This document shows, in pieces, positions 10,794 to 18,438 of a stretch of DNA of 64,000 nt (positions are counted from its first letter, which is position 1; each line of letters starts with the position of its first letter). This stretch comes from a bacterium. Lineage in GTDB: Bacteria > Zhuqueibacterota > Zhuqueibacteria > Residuimicrobiales > Krinioviventaceae. Made by a program: the position numbers and the translations under genes. The notes below the pieces were generated by a model, which was not told the DNA's origin, searched no databases, and saw only the letters and a list, made by a program, of their open reading frames with translations. The DNA is taken from contig OY843751.1 of the NCBI GenBank assembly GCA_963693055.1, forward strand, positions 1,632,001-1,696,000, read 5' to 3'.

Positions 10794-10810
10794 AGTACTT
10801 CCTTTTCGCT

Positions 10811-11245
10811 TTATGCCCGGGTCAGTTCTACCGCCCAGGATGATATTTTTTGATCACCCTGCATCAGTGTTCCGCGGATGAGATATTTATACTCCTCTAA
10901 TTGTGTCATGAATTCGGTGCCGGAGAATTTTTTGTCTTTGGTTGAATGAATGGACAAGATAGAGTCCTGAACGATTATGAAATTACCAATCAATTCTCCC
11001 AAAGCGGGATTAACAGATTTCCATGTTGTATGATCTTTATCCTTTGGGATGGGTACAATCTCGTAACTGTTTTGGAATTCTACCGGTTCCTCATATAATA
11101 CACGCATATAGCCGTTGATAATCCATTTGTCAGTCAAATGTTCAACAATTGTTCTGCTGGACAGAGGGGTGCTGTTCCCGTTTTGATCGATATAGTACCC
11201 TGTTGCCTGCCATTCACCCGGTTGTAGTAAAAAGGTGTGTTTCAT
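10811..11245 (-). CDS. Hypothetical protein (probable beta-barrel fold)
   Basis: GAGGGG RBS before ATG 11245; same strand as neighbours. Confidence 0.65.
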   Translation of the reverse strand: MKHTFLLQPGEWQATGYYIDQNGNSTPLSSRTIVEHLTDKWIINGYMRVLYEEPVEFQNSYEIVPIPKDKDHTTWKSVNPALGELIGNFIIVQDSILSIHSTKDKKFSGTEFMTQLEEYKYLIRGTLMQGDQKISSWAVELTRA

Positions 11246-11442
11246 GTTTTGCCCCTCGTCATTTGGATTTTGTATAGCCAAATAAAAAGTGCGATGTTTT
11301 ACTAACTTGAATTCAGTATTTACCGGTAATATGTTTTTTTGCTTTGGTGCGTATTATTGGATGGTATTATAATCGTTGATTTATACGTTGATGGGGTATT
11401 TTTGTTCCAACGTAGGGTTCTTTAGCAATTTAATGAACTCGG

Positions 11443-12204
11443 CTAATAAGACCATTCCCATTTCCAGTTTTTAAAATTAACTGAAAATGAAGGATTTGTT
11501 TCAAGTTGCGATGCTGTAGCATTGATTGCGCTGAACTCGAGTCTTGCTGTTACTCCGCTGGGCTGGTCTTCCGGTACCATGGATGAAAACGCATTTGTAA
11601 ACGTTTGATCATCAAAATGCAAAATGCCGATGCCATCAATTCGGTCCATTTCGATTTCAACGTTATGTTCGGTTGTGTCAGGAGTTATTGACACACGGAA
11701 TTGCCAGGTATTACCAGTCCATGTGTAGAGCTGGCCATAATTGATACTCCATGGATCGACCACCCACCTGAAAGCAACCGCGTATTCTGTCTTTGAACTG
11801 CTGCCGTCCCAGATGAACAGTCCTGCCTGAACGGCTTGACCATTCTTTTCCGAGTTGCTGCTTGAGGGAGTGTCATTCAGACTGAACACAAATGCGGCAT
11901 TGTGTGTAATGTTCATGGCTTTGACATCTGTTTTTGCATAATAATTGAGATTGTGGGCCTTGATGTTGCGGTTGTTTATGTTGACCTGAACAATTGAACG
12001 GTCATTGAGATGCCGGGTATAAATATCTGAGTATCTTACCGGCCCTGTATCGTAATCTCCCACGAGTGAATCTCCCAGGGTGGTTTGCCAGTATTGCATA
12101 TTTCTTCCGCTGATCCTGAAATACATGGATTCCGGTTCTGTGCTGTTTTTTTCGCAAGCTGTTATCAATGCGATAAATATCAATAATAATATAGTCTTTT
12201 TCAT
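11443..12204 (-). CDS. Hypothetical lipoprotein
   Basis: MKK signal peptide with ITAC lipobox; beta-rich body. Confidence 0.75.
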   Translation of the reverse strand: MKKTILLLIFIALITACEKNSTEPESMYFRISGRNMQYWQTTLGDSLVGDYDTGPVRYSDIYTRHLNDRSIVQVNINNRNIKAHNLNYYAKTDVKAMNITHNAAFVFSLNDTPSSSNSEKNGQAVQAGLFIWDGSSSKTEYAVAFRWVVDPWSINYGQLYTWTGNTWQFRVSITPDTTEHNVEIEMDRIDGIGILHFDDQTFTNAFSSMVPEDQPSGVTARLEFSAINATASQLETNPSFSVNFKNWKWEWSY

Positions 12205-12241
12205 GGTCTTTTCTGATTAAATTTAAATATGTGAAAAGGTA

Positions 12242-12257
12242 TGCAATTCTTTTGCCA
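12242..12257 (-). promoter_or_regulatory. Sigma54 (-24/-12) promoter for the lipoprotein gene
   Basis: Minus strand TGGCA-aaagaa-TTGCA with correct GG/GC spacing, about 40 bp upstream of the ATG. Confidence 0.65.
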
Positions 12258-12301
12258 GAGATGAAAGATTGCCGGAATATCATCATATTCCGACAATTGA
12301 T

Positions 12302-15052
12302 TTATTTAACAAGGGTAGTTTTGTATCTTTTAATTATATTGTCAGCTCTGAATTCAATGATATAAATACCAGTAGCAACCGGTAGGTTGTGAAAATCGGT
12401 TCCCTGCCAGTTGATCTGATAATATCCAGCGGGGTGTTCACGGTCAACCAGTGTTGCTATTTTTTTACCCAGCAGGTTGAATACACTGATATTGACATTT
12501 GCCCGGTTGGCGATTTGATACCTGATCAGTGTAGATGCATTAAAGGGATTGGGATAGTTTTGGGACATATAGTGTTTATCCGGTCCCGCTGTTTGAATAT
12601 GAATGGGGGTGGTGTATGCGAAAGATCCATCATGATCTATGACCTTTAATCGATATGTATGTTCACCAGCGCCGGGATTATTTTCTGTAAAGGAATACGC
12701 TTGTCTTTCTTGCTGAGAATTGAGCGGCACAAATCCCAATACCTGGTATGCATTTCCTGATTTTTTCTCTATCTCGAACCCATAGCCATGCAAAGTGTGC
12801 TGAACTGACCAATTCAGGGTAATAGCATTGTTTTCATAACTGCCTGAAAATGACAGCAACTGCACAGGCACAGGATAAGAGTCAAGATCATTGATCCAAT
12901 CTGCAATGACTTGAGCGGCCTGTTCATCCACAAGACTGGTGGCTATGGGAGGCATGCGGTTTTCATTCAGGGCCATCATGCGCAAGTAAAGAATAGATTC
13001 CTCCGGACTGCCGGGTTTAACTCTGGCCGCATTGGCGGCACCTAAATCACCAAAGTCTGGTATTTCATCAACAAGCATCATTTCTTCGAGACTGGTTGCA
13101 AAGCGAAGGTCCATGTTTGAACGTCCGCTGCTGTTGGGTTGATGACAAAACGCGCAATTGGCATCAAGATAAGAACGGGCACGGTCAGAGATATCCTGTG
13201 TTTCATCATTTACATCAACCCGTTGGGGCCAGTTTGAATAATCCTCTCCAATATCCTCAGTAAAAAGATTAATATGGTTGAGTGTACGGAGTTGGTTGTC
13301 TGTGACCTCACCATAATCGTGGTTTTTGTTAAGCTGGCTGGTTTTAAATCCCAATACATAGCCCGATTCCGGCACATGGCAGGTTAAACATTCGTTGCGG
13401 GAAGGATAGTGGTAAACCTGATCGTATTGTCCGCCGGGTGCGTCACTGTCTGTAATTGTAAATGTAACATCCTTGGCATCTGTCAGCAAGTTTGCTTCGG
13501 TCCCGGCCTGGTTCCATTCGTAACTGAATCCATCCCATAGTTCACCGTAGGGACGTTTAACCAGAAACCGGGTTTCTATTAAACGACGGCTTGCTGAATT
13601 GCCTTTTTCCATTTCCAAACTAAAGTTTTTCACCAAAACTGTACCCGCGGGATAATCAAAGGGGTTTTCTTGAGAGAATGTGAGCTGCTCGGTTCCGGGG
13701 AGAGCAATATACCGGTCCTTGTATGCATTGTCTGACCAGAGCTGCGTATTCACAGAATAGGGGATAATTCCCGGTGCAATTGTTTTTGTATTCATGTTTG
13801 AATAAAAACCTGATGTGGATATAATTGAAGGCACATCGCCAGGAGGAGGAGAATCCTGGCGGGCGATGACTTTATAAATATTGCCATTATAGCCTACAAT
13901 ATACAATTCCCCGGATTCATCTTCTCCAAAGCTGGTGATGTGAGCAGGACTGGTTAATACCTGGTTTGAGGACAAGACATCTCGTCCATCGTAATCATAT
14001 TTCAGGGCCCATATTCTGCGGGATACATAATCGCCAAAGATGTAAAATCCATCCAGTTGGGGGAGAGATGTACCACGATATACATACCCACCGGTGACGG
14101 ATTCGCCAAGTGCGTGACTGTATTCAAAAACCGGTGTGTTGAATTCCCATGGATTACAACCTGACTGGTAGCAGTGTAGGCCTTCTGTAATGTTCCAGCC
14201 AAGATTGTTGCCCTTGCCTATAATATCAATTTCTTCCCAACTGTTTTGCCCAACGTCACCACACCAAAGCTTTCCGTTTGTCCGGTCAAAGCTAAAACGC
14301 CAGGGATTCCGTAATCCCCAGGCATAAATCTCTTTACGAAAAGCATTATCACCCACTAGCGGATTGTCCGGTGGAATGGCGTATTCCAGACCTTCATCTT
14401 TATTATCAACATCAATACGCAGTATGCTTCCCAGTAGGGTATAGCGGTCCTGGGCGTTACCCCAGGGATCACCCGCGCTGCCGCCGTCACCAAGGCCGAT
14501 GTAGAGATAGCCATCAGACCCAAACTCGATCATACCGCCATTGTGATTTGTGGCAGGCTGTTCCAGTGCAATCAGGATACGCTCAGAGTTTGGATCTGCA
14601 ATGTTGGGATCAGAAGAAACCTGAAACTCTGAAATTCTTGTGCTGCGTGTTGTAGGATTGTAATGTACATAAAATAAACCGTTTTGCTCAAAGTTGGGAT
14701 GAAAGGCCAGCCCCAGCAGACCGGTTTCGCTGCTGCTGGATGCTACTTTGTTCCGAAGGTCAATGAACCTTGTGAATTCTGAGGTGAGGGAGGCGTTATT
14801 GAAAACTTTGACTAGCCCGGGTTTTTCCACAACAAAAATTCGGTCTGTGCCATCATGCGAATGCGTAAGATAAATAGGCGAAGAAAAATTAAGATTTGTA
14901 AACACCTGTTCAAGGTCAAGATCGCCAACCTCATCACCCGTGGAGGTAATGAGCAGGGAGGTGTTGGGTGTGCGCTCGTTAATACCATATGGTTGTGAAA
15001 ACGTAACAGTGACTGTTAACAATATATAAAGTATACTTTTTGTGATATACAT
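12302..15052 (-). CDS. PQQ-dependent glucose/sorbosone dehydrogenase-family propeller + diheme cytochrome c + T9SS-type C-terminal domain
   Basis: GLLGLAFHP, NHNGG, DGYLY, GLRNPWR; two CxxCH (CLTCH, CAFCH) and RMPP; QNYPNPFN...VFNLLG sorting domain. Confidence 0.85.
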   Translation of the reverse strand: MYITKSILYILLTVTVTFSQPYGINERTPNTSLLITSTGDEVGDLDLEQVFTNLNFSSPIYLTHSHDGTDRIFVVEKPGLVKVFNNASLTSEFTRFIDLRNKVASSSSETGLLGLAFHPNFEQNGLFYVHYNPTTRSTRISEFQVSSDPNIADPNSERILIALEQPATNHNGGMIEFGSDGYLYIGLGDGGSAGDPWGNAQDRYTLLGSILRIDVDNKDEGLEYAIPPDNPLVGDNAFRKEIYAWGLRNPWRFSFDRTNGKLWCGDVGQNSWEEIDIIGKGNNLGWNITEGLHCYQSGCNPWEFNTPVFEYSHALGESVTGGYVYRGTSLPQLDGFYIFGDYVSRRIWALKYDYDGRDVLSSNQVLTSPAHITSFGEDESGELYIVGYNGNIYKVIARQDSPPPGDVPSIISTSGFYSNMNTKTIAPGIIPYSVNTQLWSDNAYKDRYIALPGTEQLTFSQENPFDYPAGTVLVKNFSLEMEKGNSASRRLIETRFLVKRPYGELWDGFSYEWNQAGTEANLLTDAKDVTFTITDSDAPGGQYDQVYHYPSRNECLTCHVPESGYVLGFKTSQLNKNHDYGEVTDNQLRTLNHINLFTEDIGEDYSNWPQRVDVNDETQDISDRARSYLDANCAFCHQPNSSGRSNMDLRFATSLEEMMLVDEIPDFGDLGAANAARVKPGSPEESILYLRMMALNENRMPPIATSLVDEQAAQVIADWINDLDSYPVPVQLLSFSGSYENNAITLNWSVQHTLHGYGFEIEKKSGNAYQVLGFVPLNSQQERQAYSFTENNPGAGEHTYRLKVIDHDGSFAYTTPIHIQTAGPDKHYMSQNYPNPFNASTLIRYQIANRANVNISVFNLLGKKIATLVDREHPAGYYQINWQGTDFHNLPVATGIYIIEFRADNIIKRYKTTLVK

Positions 15053-15435
15053 AGATTTACCCCTTAATTGTTTCTTTTTTCAATGTAAAAGAATCGTAGC
15101 AATGAAGCAAGGGAATTCATAATGAATAAGTATTGCAAGGCCATAATGCGGTAATTTGTCCCTATTGGGAAACATTTACCACCTTAAAACTGTGCCAAAA
15201 AATAAATTTTTGAGCATTTTTTTTAGTGAATAAAATATTTTTTCCCCCTGTTTTTAGAATAATTATTGGTTACGTGAATGTACAATGGATAAACGGTGCT
15301 TGATTGTTATTATTTACGGATTTTTAGTGATTTATTGCGTTTATTGTGGGATTTATTGGGAGGAGCTTCTATAGTTTTTTACGATATCTTGAAGTTGCAA
15401 TGGGATTGAATTTTTTGGTCTGATTTGCCATATAC

Positions 15436-15451
15436 GGGCATTTGAGTTGCG
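15436..15451 (+). promoter_or_regulatory. Putative sigma54 promoter with no downstream CDS
   Basis: gGGCA-tttgag-TTGCg; GG 15437-38 and GC 15449-50 exactly 12 bp apart. Confidence 0.5.
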
Positions 15452-15461
15452 ATAGTAAAAG

Positions 15462-15892
15462 TAGATTTGAAATTAAAAACTCCCTTTATCGGGAGTGCTC
15501 ATTGACAACAACAACAACAGTAACCCAATAAAACAGTTGACTGTGAATCAATCGCCGGACGGCAAGAGGATTTTTTTTTCTTTGCATAGTTGTACTTTTG
15601 TATAGATATATTTTGTGTGGATTCATTATGTTTCAGGTGATTTGAATATTATATGATGTGATTGATGATTTGGTGGTATTCTCTTGACCGTCCAGCGTCG
15701 ATTCCGGAAGACTGTTTAGAATCACTCCCCCTCCATACGGCCGCAAGGCCTGCAATGTGCTACGCGAATTGGATGATTATATGAGATATGCCGTGCAACG
15801 AGTCAATTGCAGGCCTTGTGGTTGTTCTTGTTTTACAGTACCAAGTTACCCTTACCCAAAAAAAGCCCCGTTTCATGCCGGGGCTTTTTTTT
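15462..15892 (+). ncRNA. Candidate long structured non-coding RNA (family unknown)
   Basis: Promoter-to-terminator unit without a credible ORF; stems 15531-15570/15679-15717 and 15737-15756/15806-15825. Confidence 0.5.
15858..15892. terminator. Bidirectional intrinsic terminator
   Basis: A7-GCCCCG-tttcatgc-CGGGGC-T8. Confidence 0.85.
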
Positions 15893-15893
15893 A

Positions 15894-16640
15894 TTAGAGC
15901 TTTTTAACAACATAAAAAACATTGCTGTAATATTTTGAGTATTTTTTATAGATCTCAATTTCTCTTTCTTCCATTTTCAATACTTGCAAAACATCATTGT
16001 TATTTTGATATTTTTTATACATGTATTGAATTCGCTCTTTTAGCGGATTATAATAACCATCCCACCAGTCTGAAGGAGGTTCAATATGATAAGAAATTGG
16101 ATCATAACCCAATGACTTGAATGTTTCCAGATTGTTTTCAATGCTGGTCATTGGCGGATATATCTCTTGAAAGTACTCTTGCAATTCGTCAGGTATGTCT
16201 TGACGAATCCAGGAAAGTTCCGAAACTGCCATAAAACCACCGGGTTTTAACAAGCGTTTCCATTCCTGCAATCCCTTTTCAAATCCAATAATAAAGATTG
16301 CACCTTCAACCCACAGTACATCAAACGATTCGTCAGGATATTCCAACTTGCACATGTCACCTTTTTGGATGACGATTCTTTTTTCTAAACCTTTTTCCAT
16401 TACAGCTGTTTGTAACTGGTCAAGAAAAGGTTGGTGAAAATCCAATGCGGTAATGTGTCCGTTGCAAAGAGAGGCCAGGGTTATGGTTTGTTGACCCGGA
16501 CCGCAGCCAATATCCAGTATTTTGGCGTTGTCAATATTAACGGATTGCCATGCTTTGGTTGTTGATTGTACACTACCGGGACCTTGTCTCGGCATGTTTG
16601 AATGGGTTTCCAGAAAATATTGCCATTGTTTTTCGTCCAT
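15894..16640 (-). CDS. Class I SAM-dependent methyltransferase
   Basis: PRQGPGS, ILDIGCGPG motif I, LKPGG. Confidence 0.9.
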   Translation of the reverse strand: MDEKQWQYFLETHSNMPRQGPGSVQSTTKAWQSVNIDNAKILDIGCGPGQQTITLASLCNGHITALDFHQPFLDQLQTAVMEKGLEKRIVIQKGDMCKLEYPDESFDVLWVEGAIFIIGFEKGLQEWKRLLKPGGFMAVSELSWIRQDIPDELQEYFQEIYPPMTSIENNLETFKSLGYDPISYHIEPPSDWWDGYYNPLKERIQYMYKKYQNNNDVLQVLKMEEREIEIYKKYSKYYSNVFYVVKKL

Positions 16641-16782
16641 TATAATTGTCCTTTATACTCGTAAATCATCAATTTGGGATTTATTTCGTGATCGAGCTTA
16701 ACCATCCCAATTCCTGATGACCGGGATGGTATTACAGGACAATAACCAAAGTATTCGTCAAAGTGTACATACATCCTTTCAG
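16641..16782 (-). promoter_or_regulatory. Putative translational-attenuator leader with a 12-aa uORF (16770-16732)
   Basis: GAAAGGA then MYTLTNTLVIVL*; uORF end ATTGTCCT is complementary to the RBS region AGGACAAT; alternative hairpins. Confidence 0.45.
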
Positions 16783-17250
16783 TTAAAAATAGATCTCATA
16801 AAATTGATAATTGGTTTTCTTCATACCCAAAGACTGATAAGTACTTTGGGCAATTTGATTTTCATGGTCAACATATAGACGCAATCCACGAACATTGGTT
16901 TCATTTTTGGCCAGATTTTCTGCTTTTTGATAAAGTGACGAGAAAACACCTTTTCTGCGCCATTGGGGATCAATATAAACACTTTGGATCCACCAGAACA
17001 GGCCATTACGCCAATCAGTCCATTCAAAGGTGATCATCAGGCTGCCAATAACGGCCCCTGCAGATTCAGCTATTAGATAGAATCCATAGTGCGGATTTTG
17101 CATCAATCCCAAAGCTCCCTGCTTCACTGTATCTTTATCGAGTTTTGTATCCTCGGTCTCACTTGCCATATTGACATTAAATTGTGCTATTGTTTCTGCA
17201 TCCTGGGGAACTCCCTTGCGAACTGTGATATCTGATGATTGTTGGGCCAT
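16783..17250 (-). CDS. GNAT N-acetyltransferase
   Basis: EWTDWRNG, WIQSVY, RRKGVF, LRLYVD...N..AQ..Y..LGM. Confidence 0.9.
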   Translation of the reverse strand: MAQQSSDITVRKGVPQDAETIAQFNVNMASETEDTKLDKDTVKQGALGLMQNPHYGFYLIAESAGAVIGSLMITFEWTDWRNGLFWWIQSVYIDPQWRRKGVFSSLYQKAENLAKNETNVRGLRLYVDHENQIAQSTYQSLGMKKTNYQFYEIYF

Positions 17251-17293
17251 TCGAATGTTCTTTCTATACTAACTGTTTCAGATTTTTTAATAT

Positions 17294-17650
17294 TTAGGTG
17301 TTGAGGAGTGCTGCAAATCCTGCCAATCCTGCAATGATTGCAAATACAATATAGATGGCAAAGATTACCAATGAGATGATCATCAGGATCTTCATAATAT
17401 TGAAAAAGCTGCCCTGTTTCTCAAGTGCAAGAGCCATAGCGTTTTCATCATTCTGATTTTGGAATGTACTGAAATAGTCTGCAGATTCGCGCAAGCGCAA
17501 TCCGGAAATTATCATAGGTACACCAATCAATGCACCAATGATAGATAAACATGTTAAACCACCATAAACGATATAAAACATGCCTACAAAACGCATATCT
17601 TTGATCATCCGGCCAACATTCTGTGTTTGAACCGGAGTTAAATTGTTCAT
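17294..17650 (-). CDS. Membrane protein, DUF5362-like
   Basis: MRFVG...GGLTCLSIIGALIGVP pattern, three TM segments; family name from recall. Confidence 0.7.
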   Translation of the reverse strand: MNNLTPVQTQNVGRMIKDMRFVGMFYIVYGGLTCLSIIGALIGVPMIISGLRLRESADYFSTFQNQNDENAMALALEKQGSFFNIMKILMIISLVIFAIYIVFAIIAGLAGFAALLNT

Positions 17651-17737
17651 AGTGGTGCCCTCCCTTGATTGAATTTTAAATACCCTTGGTATGGAAAGAT
17701 ATTAAAACCAAGCGAGTCAAACAAGATAAAATTCAAT

Positions 17738-18427
17738 TTAATTTTCTATTTCAAAAACCAGATTGTCAAAATAAACAATTGCATCTGCTTTTGTACACAA
17801 ACCTACTTTGCCAGAAGTAAAAGTGTTGTCAGTAAAGTCGATAAATTTTTTATTATCAAACCAGCATCGTATACGGCCCTTTTCATGAATTACTTTTAAT
17901 CGCTCCCATTCATGAGGTTCAATTTTAGAAGCCCATACACTCTGTAGCAATCTTTTTTCTCCATTTTCTACCTTGTAAACTCGTAATCTTTCTTTTAGTG
18001 GATCAGAGAGACATGTATAGTAATTATTGGGATCCTGGTAATGCCACACGGGCCCACCAGCCTGTTCCTCCTGGCCGTCTACCATTTTCAGTTCCATTTC
18101 AATATCAACATCATTGAACCATGAATTCTCGAGAATGGCAAGATGGAAATGGTTTCCAAGGCTTTTTTTCCCAAGCTGTGCAATTACATTTTTATGTTTT
18201 TGGGCTATGGTGTCGGGTATTATTTGCCATGTGCCAATTTTACCATTTCCTGTTTTATGTATACTCCATTCCGGGGGTAGCCCGCCGGTTTTGTTTTGAT
18301 CAAAATTCAATTCTAATTCTTTGATGTTTGTTTTAACTATAGATTTTTCTATTTCATTCTTTTTACTGCAAACCCAACTGGTAGATAATAGGCATAGAGC
18401 AAGTATAATGGTTATTTTTTTATTCAT
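17738..18427 (-). CDS. Exported lectin-fold protein (DUF1080-like)
   Basis: Signal peptide ending in Cys; QDPNNYY, WERLKV, D.TFTSGKVGL.TKAD..YFDN. Confidence 0.7.
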   Translation of the reverse strand: MNKKITIILALCLLSTSWVCSKKNEIEKSIVKTNIKELELNFDQNKTGGLPPEWSIHKTGNGKIGTWQIIPDTIAQKHKNVIAQLGKKSLGNHFHLAILENSWFNDVDIEMELKMVDGQEEQAGGPVWHYQDPNNYYTCLSDPLKERLRVYKVENGEKRLLQSVWASKIEPHEWERLKVIHEKGRIRCWFDNKKFIDFTDNTFTSGKVGLCTKADAIVYFDNLVFEIEN

Positions 18428-18438
18428 TATAATTCTTT

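Noticed and set aside
15487-15627. 46-aa minus-strand ORF (MNPHKIY...VVVVVNEHSR)
   Set aside because: No RBS; the poly-Val is just the antisense of the (CAA)n tract; likely a chance ORF
15531-15717. 6S RNA (187-nt closed stem)
   Set aside because: The length fits, but the interior is one large low-complexity loop with no visible apical stem beyond a central bubble; cannot be supported without cmscan
15570-15810. rRNA or tRNA fragments inside the loops
   Set aside because: No AGAGTTTGATC, GGATCACCTCC or tRNA T-loop motifs; only weak resemblances
16640-16774. 44-aa ORF whose stop overlaps the methyltransferase start
   Set aside because: Its ATG abuts the SD with no spacer; the 12-aa uORF and RNA pairings explain the region better
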